The notes under the pieces: generated by a model
What the model was told of the DNA's origin: nothing
Database searches by the model: none
The model's input: only the letters and a program-made list of their open reading frames with translations
Translations under genes and position numbers: made by a program
Assembly (NCBI GenBank): GCA_000989515.1
Contig: LBOM01000002.1
Coordinates: forward strand, 5,453 to 69,452
DNA from: Candidatus Nomurabacteria bacterium GW2011_GWE1_32_28
GTDB taxonomy: Bacteria; Patescibacteriota; Minisyncoccia; Phycocordibacterales; UBA9973
Direction: 5' to 3'
Length of the DNA stretch: 64,000 bases
Shown here: positions 28,128-36,406 of the stretch, in pieces
Layout: each line of letters starts with the position of its first letter
How positions within the stretch are numbered: position 1 is the first letter of the stretch

Positions 28128-29789
28128 TTATTTATTTAATAATGTATTTACTAATAAAGATTCGCATGTTTCTTCAATGAATCTTTTTACAGGACGTGCT
28201 CCAAATCTTTCATCAAGTAATGGTTTTATGTTTTCTTCAAGCTCTTTTATATTTATATCAAAATAAACATTGTGTTTAGTTAGTCTTTTTTCTACTTTCT
28301 TTATTTCAAGTTTTGCTATATCTATAAGATTTGGTAAGGTGAGTGGATTAAAAACTAAGATGCTATCAAAACGATTAATAAATTCTAATCTGAATATTTT
28401 TGCTAATTCTGGGATAATTTTTTCTTGTATAAACTTTATGTCCATAATATCTTTTCCTTTATTAAATGCTTCTAAGATTACATTCACTCCTATATTAGAA
28501 GTTGCCATTATTATAGAATTACAAGCATCTACTGTTTCGTTTTGTCCTGATGTTAACCTTCCGTCGTCTAGTACTTGTAAAAATATATCAAAAATCTTTG
28601 GATGAGCTTTCTCTATTTCATCTAATAATATTAAACAGTGAGGTTCCTTTTGTAGAGCATTTGTGAGAGCTCCACCAGCCTCATAACCACTATATCCTGC
28701 TGGTGCTCCTATTAATCTCTGTACTGTATGATCTTGACTAAATTCTGACATATCAAATCTGATAAAGCTTTCTTGTCTACCAAACATAATTTCAGATATT
28801 AGCTTAGCTGTTTCAGTTTTTCCAACACCAGATGGTCCTAATATTAGAAATGATCCTAGCGGTTTGTTTGGATTCCTTACTCCTAATTTTGCTCTTTGTA
28901 ATGTTTGAATTATTTTATTAACTGGTTTAGTCTGGTTAATAATTTTAGAATTTAGTGTTTGATTGAGATTTTTTAATATCTCTATTTCATTTCCACTTAA
29001 TTGCATTTTAGGTATACCTATCTTGCTTGAAATAATATCGGAAATCATTTCATCTGTTAAATTCTTTTTATTTATTGATTTAGCAAGTACAATTCCTTCA
29101 TCCATTATACTTATAGCTGCTTGAGGCAGTTGTCCTAAACTGGGGAATTTTTCTACATATGTGATAATATCTTGCATTACTATTGAAGAAACAATAATTT
29201 TATGATCTTTATTAAGTTGTGCTAATTTACTTTCTAATATTTGAATTTGTTCAAGATTACTTTGCTTTTTAAATCTGACTGTTTCAAATACTTTTATGAA
29301 TGATGGGTATTCACGTTCTATAAAGTTGTATTCTTTTGGTTCCATCGTAAGAATAACTTTAACTTCAGGATTTTTAAGAACATCAGAATATAATCTAGCT
29401 ATGTTGTGTAACAGACTTGGATTTCCATATATGCTTCTACCAAAATTATCAATAAACAAAACACAGGAAGGTAATTCGTTCATTACGTTTTTAAAATAAA
29501 TTCCTTCTTCGCTACCACTATCAAATCTAAATAAATGCTCATTATCTAATTGAACAAAACTCAAGTGTTTGTATATATCTTGCTTAATCATTTTTTCAAT
29601 CCACCCATAAACTAGACTTGTTTTACCTGTACCACTTAAGCCAACTAAAATAACATTGTTATTGATACTTCGATTCGCAATTCTAGTTAATCGATTGATC
29701 TCATCGGTCCTTCCTATAAATTTTGGTAATTTACCTAAAGCAATTTCTTCTCTTAAGTCGTTATATTCTGTTTTTTTAAAAGTCTTCAT
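28128..29789 (-). CDS. Clp/Hsp100-type double AAA+ ATPase lacking N- and M-domains, NBD1 degenerate
   Basis: FIGRTDEI, GLSGTGKT, LFIDN (NBD1); RPLG-like KPLGSFLILGPSGVGKTE, DMSEF, LLDEIEKAHP, LDDGRLT, FGARPVKR (NBD2). Confidence 0.88.
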   Translation of the reverse strand: MKTFKKTEYNDLREEIALGKLPKFIGRTDEINRLTRIANRSINNNVILVGLSGTGKTSLVYGWIEKMIKQDIYKHLSFVQLDNEHLFRFDSGSEEGIYFKNVMNELPSCVLFIDNFGRSIYGNPSLLHNIARLYSDVLKNPEVKVILTMEPKEYNFIEREYPSFIKVFETVRFKKQSNLEQIQILESKLAQLNKDHKIIVSSIVMQDIITYVEKFPSLGQLPQAAISIMDEGIVLAKSINKKNLTDEMISDIISSKIGIPKMQLSGNEIEILKNLNQTLNSKIINQTKPVNKIIQTLQRAKLGVRNPNKPLGSFLILGPSGVGKTETAKLISEIMFGRQESFIRFDMSEFSQDHTVQRLIGAPAGYSGYEAGGALTNALQKEPHCLILLDEIEKAHPKIFDIFLQVLDDGRLTSGQNETVDACNSIIMATSNIGVNVILEAFNKGKDIMDIKFIQEKIIPELAKIFRLEFINRFDSILVFNPLTLPNLIDIAKLEIKKVEKRLTKHNVYFDINIKELEENIKPLLDERFGARPVKRFIEETCESLLVNTLLNK

Positions 29790-29794
29790 TTATT

Positions 29795-31855
29795 TTAGGC
29801 TATTATTTTTAGTGTTATCCCGTTTAAATTTCTTTGTTGATATATACTTGGAATCGATTTTACTGATTTAGTTTCTTGTTCTTCTTGATTTACACTTGGA
29901 ACCGATCTGGAATTTGTTGATTCAGTATTTTTTGATTCAGTTATATTTTGAGATATTCCGAGAATCTGTAACAAAATCTCATGACCACTGAGTGGTTTTG
30001 CTTTTAAACCTTCTTCTCTGGTTAGATTTTTTTCTTTTAGTTTTTCTAAAGATTTTGGAGCTTCATTTCTTGTAGTGTTATAAGCTATATTGCTATTAAA
30101 TTTCAATATAATAGCCTCTTTTTTGGTTTTTTCTTTTTTGAGATTTATTTCTCTTTCTCTTGTTTTTGTTTTGATTTTTTCTTCATCTTTAATTACAAAA
30201 AAGTTTTCTCTATTTTGATTAGTTTTTTTATTTTTATTATTTTCTATGTTTATATTTAAAATATTTTGAGTTTCAATTTTTATACTATCAGTTTTATAAG
30301 GAACAGTTTCTATCTTTTTTATTTCTTGTGGCTTATTAACTATTTCTTCTAGAATATTAAAACTTTGTACTTTTTGAACTAGTTCTTTTTCTGCTTTTAT
30401 ATTATTAATATTTATTTCAGTATTATTAAATGCGGTTGTATCAACATTTTCTAATAGTTCTTCTGATTTGATTATAAGATTTTCCTTTTTTTCAGTATTT
30501 AAAATCTGTTCCACTGATTCTGTATTTCGTTCTTGAATATTTTTTGTGTTAGATATTTCTATTATTTCATTTGTTTCTGTCTTGTTTTCTATCTCTGTTT
30601 TGTTAAATACAACTTCTATTGTTTCTTCTTTTAAAAATGCTGATTTTTCTGCTGTGGTTGTAGTGTAAGTAAATGGTAAATTCTCCTCTATCTCTGTAAT
30701 AGTTTCAGTTGGTGTGTTTATTTCTATTATTTTATTATTATGAATAAAAATTTGTTCTTTTTGAGTATTTTCAATATCAGGTGTTTGTACTTGCTCAAAG
30801 GATATTTCTGTTTGCTCATTTTTTTCTCTAAATAATTCTATAATCCTACTTTCAAGTGTTTTCACTTTTTCTTCTTTGTCTTCAACTGTTACAGTTAAAG
30901 GTTCGGTGTATTCTTGAATGTCTTTAAAAGTTTGTTTAGTTTCAGTTTCATCAATAATAATGTTCATTTCTTCGATAGAATCTGGTTGTGTTTCTTCTTT
31001 AAATAAGTCAATGATTTTTTCAGTTATAACTTTTTCTACATCTATTTTTGTATCTATTGTTAATTGTTCTATATGGTGAGTATTATCTATGCTGACATTT
31101 TCTTTAGAAGAAATAAGCTCTGATTGAATATTTTCCACCAACATTACTTGTTCAACATTGGCATAATGGACTTCAAAAGTACTAAAATTCTGTTCTTCAA
31201 CTTGAATAATTTCTTCAACTTGTTCAACCTCTATTTCATTAACTGTTTCATTTTCTGTTAGCAAAGATTGCTCTAGGGATGTTTCTCTTTTTGCTTCTTC
31301 TTGTTTGTTTACATCTATATTAAGTTTAAGATTTAAAGTTACTTCTTTCGCTATTGGTTCATTTGTTTTCTCTTCTTGTTTTTCTTTTATTTCTTCGACA
31401 AATACAATCAGACTTCTAATATTGCCTTCTCTGTCTGCTGTCATTGCTGCAATTGAAGTTATTTTTATTTCTTCAGTTTCTTTTATTATATAATCTGGAA
31501 ACATGTAAACTTCTTCTGGATTGGCAATAATATTATCAAGTCTATATAATTCTTCTTTTTGTTGCTCTAAGTTCATATTAGAATTTAGAATATTTTCCCT
31601 CATTTGGCCTGCGTCAAGAGTCTTGTCAATTTCAACTTTTGAATTTTCAGCAGTAGCTCCACGCTTATCCGTTATGGATTGAATTAAAGGGTCAATTTTT
31701 TCTTCATTTTCTACACATATCACAGCTTCCTCTTCTTTATTATTTTCGTGTTCTTTGTCGTTGATATGATGTTCAAAATTCTCACCAAAATCTATTTCGG
31801 TGTCTTGAATATCTATTTCATCTATTATTTCTTCACTTGTATAAAATGTATCCAT
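29795..31855 (-). CDS. Large Glu/Ile/Asn/Thr-rich low-complexity protein (~686 aa)
   Basis: Long ORF; start moved to ATG 31855 (MDTFYTSEE) because the track's upstream TTG start overlaps the riboswitch terminator. Confidence 0.75.
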   Translation of the reverse strand: MDTFYTSEEIIDEIDIQDTEIDFGENFEHHINDKEHENNKEEEAVICVENEEKIDPLIQSITDKRGATAENSKVEIDKTLDAGQMRENILNSNMNLEQQKEELYRLDNIIANPEEVYMFPDYIIKETEEIKITSIAAMTADREGNIRSLIVFVEEIKEKQEEKTNEPIAKEVTLNLKLNIDVNKQEEAKRETSLEQSLLTENETVNEIEVEQVEEIIQVEEQNFSTFEVHYANVEQVMLVENIQSELISSKENVSIDNTHHIEQLTIDTKIDVEKVITEKIIDLFKEETQPDSIEEMNIIIDETETKQTFKDIQEYTEPLTVTVEDKEEKVKTLESRIIELFREKNEQTEISFEQVQTPDIENTQKEQIFIHNNKIIEINTPTETITEIEENLPFTYTTTTAEKSAFLKEETIEVVFNKTEIENKTETNEIIEISNTKNIQERNTESVEQILNTEKKENLIIKSEELLENVDTTAFNNTEININNIKAEKELVQKVQSFNILEEIVNKPQEIKKIETVPYKTDSIKIETQNILNINIENNKNKKTNQNRENFFVIKDEEKIKTKTREREINLKKEKTKKEAIILKFNSNIAYNTTRNEAPKSLEKLKEKNLTREEGLKAKPLSGHEILLQILGISQNITESKNTESTNSRSVPSVNQEEQETKSVKSIPSIYQQRNLNGITLKIIA

Positions 31856-31871
31856 AAAAACAATTAAAAAC

Positions 31872-31897
31872 AAAAAAATTCTGCTTGGGCAGAATTT
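31872..31897 (-). terminator. Riboswitch expression-platform terminator
   Basis: Minus strand AAATTCTGC-CCAA-GCAGAATTT running into a T tract, 16 nt before the ATG. Confidence 0.8.
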
Positions 31898-31946
31898 GTG
31901 GTCCTTCAAAATAAATTAAGAAGTAATTCCTGCTCGGGAAAACAAA

Positions 31947-32040
31947 AATGATTGGCAGTCGGACTTGTCCTAAGACTTTTAAAGTCATAGGCTTACCGTA
32001 GCGGCACTGTGCTGGAATCTAACCAGCTTCCCCAATCACT
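31947..32040 (-). ncRNA. Cobalamin riboswitch (short class II / AdoCbl-variant type)
   Basis: Minus strand AGTGATTGG-GGAA-GCTGG(TTAGATT)CCAGC-ACAGTGCCGCTACGGTAA-hairpin-AAGTCCGACTG-CCAATCATT: GGAA, T-loop hairpin, CCGC-AC-GTAA and B12-box elements in order, closed by a 9-bp stem. Confidence 0.85.
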
Positions 32041-32068
32041 TCTTTATAATTATTAAATGAACTTATTT

Positions 32069-32096
32069 ATTTTATTCTTTTATCTAAGCCTGTCAA
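32069..32096 (-). promoter_or_regulatory. Sigma70 promoter of the riboswitch operon
   Basis: TTGACA-16 nt-TAAAAT on the minus strand, ~28 nt upstream of the aptamer. Confidence 0.65.
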
Positions 32097-32103
32097 TTTT
32101 AAG

Positions 32104-32112
32104 TGTGGATAA
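32104..32112 (-). promoter_or_regulatory. Perfect DnaA-box sequence
   Basis: TTATCCACA on the minus strand, 7 nt upstream of the -35. Confidence 0.45.
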
Positions 32113-32231
32113 AGTTTCTTGCAGATTATTTATCTTTATTTTTTTGTTTAATTATTTAAAGAATTATTCTATAAATACCCAAGAGATTTCACTAATAGGG
32201 GATTAAAACTAGTTTTTCAATCAGATAGGTT

Positions 32232-32675
32232 TTATATTTTTGCATTTCTTTTAAATCCTAATAGTTCTAAATACAACAAAGTGAGGTCTGAGATGTAGGG
32301 TAATTTTTTTATATCCTCAATAGACATAAAGAGTTGTTGTTTGTGTTTTTGAGGTTCCATATTTTTCATTTCTCCTGAAAATTTTAAAATTTCGAATAAA
32401 TGACTTATGACTTTAACATTATTATTATTTCTTTCGTAATAATAATTTTTTACTATAAGTTCTTTATAATCTTCAATTTGTAAATTAGATTCTTCAAAAA
32501 CTTCTTCTTTTAAACCAACTATAATATCTTGTCCATTCTTTACTTTTCCAATTGGAATAGTCCAAAAACCATATTTAACATGTTCTTGGACTAAAATTTC
32601 AGATGCATTATTTTTAATAACGGCAGCGACTCCATGGTGGCTTACTGTATCTTCGCTGTTGTATTTTATATTCAT
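32232..32675 (-). CDS. NUDIX hydrolase
   Basis: WTIPIGKVKNGQDIIVGLKEEVFEESNL (degenerate Nudix box), NMEPQKH. Confidence 0.75.
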   Translation of the reverse strand: MNIKYNSEDTVSHHGVAAVIKNNASEILVQEHVKYGFWTIPIGKVKNGQDIIVGLKEEVFEESNLQIEDYKELIVKNYYYERNNNNVKVISHLFEILKFSGEMKNMEPQKHKQQLFMSIEDIKKLPYISDLTLLYLELLGFKRNAKI

Positions 32676-32686
32676 ATTAAAGTTTG

Positions 32687-32758
32687 TGACCCTACAGGGA
32701 ATCGAACCCTGATTACCGGATTGAAAACCCGATGTCCTAACCGTTAGACGATAGGGCC
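32687..32758 (-). tRNA. tRNA-Glu(TTC)
   Basis: GGCCCTA...TAGGGTCA; anticodon loop TTTTCAA. Confidence 0.95.
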
Positions 32759-32847
32759 AAATAAATCAATTATAAATTATAAATTGAAATATAAAAAAGT
32801 ATAACATTTTTTGAAAAAAGTGCAAAAAATGTTAGATTTACATACAA

Positions 32848-32935
32848 GGAGACGTGGGTGAGTGGTTGAAACCACCGCTCTCGAAAAGCGGCATACTGCA
32901 AGGTATCGGAGGTTCAAATCCTCCCGTCTCCGCCA
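32848..32935 (+). tRNA. tRNA-Ser(CGA)
   Basis: GGAGACG...CGTCTCCGCCA; long variable arm; anticodon loop CTCGAAA; CCA encoded. Confidence 0.95.
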
Positions 32936-32978
32936 AAATAAATTAAATTAAAAATAAATAAAATGCTATCATGTGTTC

Positions 32979-34559
32979 ATGACTCAAAAAGAAGCACTTG
33001 ATATTTTAAAAACTGGAGTAAATGTATTTCTGACAGGGGAGCCTGGGGCTGGAAAAACTTACACTTTAAATGAATATATAAAATACTTGAGAAATAATGG
33101 AGTTGAAGTCGCTATAACTGCTTCTACTGGTATTGCTGCGACTCATATCGGAGGTATGACGATACATTCTTGGAGTGGGATTGGTATAAAAAATAAATTA
33201 GATAAATATGATTTAGATAAAATATCTAGTAGTGAATATATTTCAAAAAGAATTAATCGTGCGAAAGTTCTTGTTATAGACGAAGTTTCTATGCTTTCTT
33301 CTCAAACTCTTTCTATGGTTGAAGCAGTTTGTAGAGAAGTAAAACAGACAGATGAAGTGTTTGGTGGACTTCAGATAATATTTGTTGGAGACTTCTTCCA
33401 ATTGCCTCCTGTTGTAAAAAGGTTTGAGGAACAAGATCGACAGGCTACACTTATTCCAGATGAGAGAGAATCTATTTTTGCTTATGATTGTCTTGCTTGG
33501 GAGAATACAAAACCTATTATTTGTTATATTACAGAACAATATCGTCAAGATGATAGAGAATTTCTTTCTATACTTTCTGCTATTCGTCAAAATACTTTTA
33601 ACAAAGACCACTTGAATCAAATTGAAAAAAGAAAAATTGATAGATCAAATCTTCCAGAAAATATTCCTAAACTTTTTTCGCACAATATTAACGTAGATTC
33701 TGTAAATATTGATACTCTTTCTAAGATAGAAAGAGAAGTTCAAGTTTTTCCTATGTCTTCAGAAGGTCCGGATGGGCTCGTGGCTATCTTGCAAAAAGGA
33801 TGTTTGTCTCCGGAGAGCTTGTCTCTCAAGATAGGTGCTGAAGTAATGTTTACAAAAAATAATCCCAAGGAAAGATTTGTCAATGGAACTCTTGGGACGG
33901 TGGTTGATTTTCATAAAATTTCAAAATATCCAATTATAAAAACAAGAAATGGCTATATAATAACAGTCGAACCTATGGAATGGAGTGTCGAAGAAAATGG
34001 TAAAATTCGAGCTAAAATAACTCAGATTCCTCTTCGTTTGGCATGGGCTATAACTGTCCATAAAAGCCAAGGAATGAGCATGGATGGGGCTATAATGGAC
34101 CTATCTGAAGTATTTGAATATGGACAAGGATATGTAGCTCTTTCTCGTGTACGACGGCTTTCAGGGCTTTATATCATTGGATTAAATAAAAAAGCATTTC
34201 AGGTACACCCAGAAGTTCTCTCTAGAGACAAGATATTTCGCGAGCAATCTTTAGAAGCAGAAAAAGTATTTTCTGAGATTCCTTCTGACAAACTTAAAAA
34301 AATGCATGATAATTTTATTGTTGCTTCTCTAGGAAAAGTAGTTTCAAAATCCAAAAAGAAAGAAAATAAAATAAAGGTACCATTTGAAGAAATTAGAAAG
34401 AAATTTCCTAATGCATACAAACCATGGACAAAAAGTGAAGATGAAAAATTACGTAAATTCTTCGCAAAAAAGATTCCAGTAAAAGAAATTGTAAAAGAAT
34501 TTGGTAGAAAAAGGGGATCTATAACTTCACGTTTAGAAAAATTAGGACTTATGAAATAA
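32979..34559 (+). CDS. Pif1-family 5'-3' DNA helicase with C-terminal HTH-like tail
   Basis: TGEPGAGKT, TASTGIAA..IGGMTIHSWSGIG, DEVSML, GDFFQLPPV, AWAITVHKSQGMS, GQGYVALSRV; NAYKPWT tail. Confidence 0.93.
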   Translation: MTQKEALDILKTGVNVFLTGEPGAGKTYTLNEYIKYLRNNGVEVAITASTGIAATHIGGMTIHSWSGIGIKNKLDKYDLDKISSSEYISKRINRAKVLVIDEVSMLSSQTLSMVEAVCREVKQTDEVFGGLQIIFVGDFFQLPPVVKRFEEQDRQATLIPDERESIFAYDCLAWENTKPIICYITEQYRQDDREFLSILSAIRQNTFNKDHLNQIEKRKIDRSNLPENIPKLFSHNINVDSVNIDTLSKIEREVQVFPMSSEGPDGLVAILQKGCLSPESLSLKIGAEVMFTKNNPKERFVNGTLGTVVDFHKISKYPIIKTRNGYIITVEPMEWSVEENGKIRAKITQIPLRLAWAITVHKSQGMSMDGAIMDLSEVFEYGQGYVALSRVRRLSGLYIIGLNKKAFQVHPEVLSRDKIFREQSLEAEKVFSEIPSDKLKKMHDNFIVASLGKVVSKSKKKENKIKVPFEEIRKKFPNAYKPWTKSEDEKLRKFFAKKIPVKEIVKEFGRKRGSITSRLEKLGLMK

Positions 34560-34601
34560 AGCATAGAAAGAAGAATGCAAAAGAAAAACCCAATAATACT
34601 T

Positions 34602-35009
34602 TTATGCATATCGGGTTTTCGGTTTTTTAAATACCATTTTAACTATTTCAAGATTTATCTTAAAAAGAAGTAAACTAACAATAATTTGAGAAAGAACAAC
34701 ATCAAAATTAGTTATTTTTATAAAAAGAAAAAGTACTACTGTGTTGATTGTAGTGACTATTAATACAGAGATTGTGTAATATACTGCTTCTTTTTTTACA
34801 TCTTTTCTTGATTTAAACGTCCATAATTTATGGACAGTGAAGCTTGTTGCTTCTCTTAAAATAAAAGCAATTATAGATATAATAATCATTTTTATTCCTT
34901 CTTTTTCAAAAAAAAGAGAAGAAATATAAAGAATTATTAGATTTAATAAGAGTCCTGGAGCTCCACCTAGAATGAATCTAATGGGTTCAGGTATTATTAA
35001 TTTTTTCAA
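34602..35009 (-). CDS. GtrA-family membrane protein
   Basis: RFILGG, SFTVHKLWTF, 4 TM; TTG start with AAGGAGG SD. Confidence 0.75.
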   Translation of the reverse strand: MKKLIIPEPIRFILGGAPGLLLNLIILYISSLFFEKEGIKMIIISIIAFILREATSFTVHKLWTFKSRKDVKKEAVYYTISVLIVTTINTVVLFLFIKITNFDVVLSQIIVSLLLFKINLEIVKMVFKKPKTRYA

Positions 35010-35099
35010 AGAACCTCCTTTTATTAAATCAACTTATTTAAATAAACATATAGAGCAATAAAAAAAATTATTCCTATTGCAATAAATGGTTTTGAACCA

Positions 35100-35327
35100 T
35101 CATAGACCCCACTTGAGGTCAAAGAGTAAATCAAAATCCCTATTGTAAAAATGAAAGGGATTAATGTTTTTTCCATTTTTTTTCTTCCTTAATGGTAGAA
35201 AAATAAAGATAAAAGAAATCATATTTTTTAAAATCATTTTCTTTTCTGATATATAAACAGAAAGGATTTTTTTAATACTGCTACCCTCAGAACTAACTTT
35301 TCCATGAATAACAATAGGGGATTTCAT
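35100..35327 (-). CDS. Small hypothetical protein
   Basis: AAGGAGG SD and a TTGACA-17-TAAATT promoter (35369-35397) upstream. Confidence 0.5.
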   Translation of the reverse strand: MKSPIVIHGKVSSEGSSIKKILSVYISEKKMILKNMISFIFIFLPLRKKKNGKNINPFHFYNRDFDLLFDLKWGL

Positions 35328-35422
35328 TTTAACCTCCTTTTTAATTATTAATTTACTTTTTCCATATAAAATTTAACAATTTGTAAGTAAATTGTCAAGT
35401 TTTTGTTATGTAAAAAAGTTAT

Positions 35423-36382
35423 TTATTTTGTGTGTATATGAAGGTATATATCTTCAAGAGCACGTACAGCATCACCAGCAGCGATGTTGTTTTGATGGTA
35501 TAAAATATCTGTACAATCTCCAGCAGCCCAAATACCAGGAGTTTCTGTTTTCTGATTTAATGGATTTATTTTTACACGTCCTCCTTCATCTAATGGAACG
35601 ATATCCTTAATGAAATTAGTGTTTGGAATTTGACCTATTTCTATAAAAATACCAGAGACTTTTAATTTGGTTTCTATATTAGAAATTTTATCTTTATAGA
35701 TTATTCCTTCTACAAAATTTTCACCCTTTATTTCTAAAATATCTATATCTTTGTATGCTTTAATTTTAGGATTTTTAAGAACTTTTTCAACTGTTATTTC
35801 GTCTGCTCTAAATTTTTCACTTCTATGAAGTATTGTTACTGAATTACAGTAAGCAGAAAGTTGTGCAGCACTTTCAAAAGCAGCATTACCTCCACCAACA
35901 ACAACGACATCCATATCTGAAAAAAGGGGACCATCACAAGTTGCACAATATGTAAGGCCTTTATGTTCAAGCTTATCTGCATTTTTTACTTCTAATTTTT
36001 TACGTCCACTTCCTGTAGCTATCAATATTGTTTTAGTTAAAAATTCTTCTCCAGACTCTGTTTTAATAGAAAAAGTTTCAGGTGTTGGACGCCCAGATTC
36101 CAGGTGTCCAACACCCGAAACTATACTTGAAACTTTTTCTCCTTCTTTTACTTCTAATGTTTGACCGTCTCCAGTATTAGCAAGTACGTGTTTTTTTAGA
36201 TTTAGAGCTAAATTAGCACCAGATATAGAAACAGAACCAATCCAGTTATAGATTTGTTCCGACACGATGGATTGACCACCCCATTCCTTGGTTATAAATA
36301 AAGTTTTAAGTTTTTTACGAGAAGCATATACAGCGGCAGCTGCACCTGCTGGCCCTCCTCCAATGATTATTAAATCGTACAT
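35423..36382 (-). CDS. trxB: Thioredoxin reductase (AhpF C-terminal-like)
   Basis: IIGGGPAG, YCATCDG, VGGGNAA, AAGDCT. Confidence 0.9.
   Translation of the reverse strand: MYDLIIIGGGPAGAAAAVYASRKKLKTLFITKEWGGQSIVSEQIYNWIGSVSISGANLALNLKKHVLANTGDGQTLEVKEGEKVSSIVSGVGHLESGRPTPETFSIKTESGEEFLTKTILIATGSGRKKLEVKNADKLEHKGLTYCATCDGPLFSDMDVVVVGGGNAAFESAAQLSAYCNSVTILHRSEKFRADEITVEKVLKNPKIKAYKDIDILEIKGENFVEGIIYKDKISNIETKLKVSGIFIEIGQIPNTNFIKDIVPLDEGGRVKINPLNQKTETPGIWAAGDCTDILYHQNNIAAGDAVRALEDIYLHIHTK
36074..36122. repeat. 49-bp palindrome inserted in-frame in trxB
   Basis: AGTTTCAGGTGTTGGACGCC-9 nt-GGTGTCCAACACCCGAAACT, 18/20 complementary; encodes VSGVGHLESGRPTPET. Confidence 0.8.
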
Positions 36383-36406
36383 AAAAAATTAGATTTTAGT
36401 TTATTT

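Noticed and set aside
31856-31909. N-terminal extension MKDHKFCPSRIFLFLIVF of the acidic protein, resembling a signal peptide
   Set aside because: It is the translation of the riboswitch terminator and T tract from a TTG codon; ATG 31855 is the better start
26512-32758. Integrative element at tRNA-Glu(TTC), or at tRNA-Glu(CTC) for the hppA region
   Set aside because: Accessory genes lie 3' of both tRNAs, but I found no integrase, relaxase or duplicated tRNA 3' end; the two tRNA-Glu genes are complete isoacceptors, not att sites
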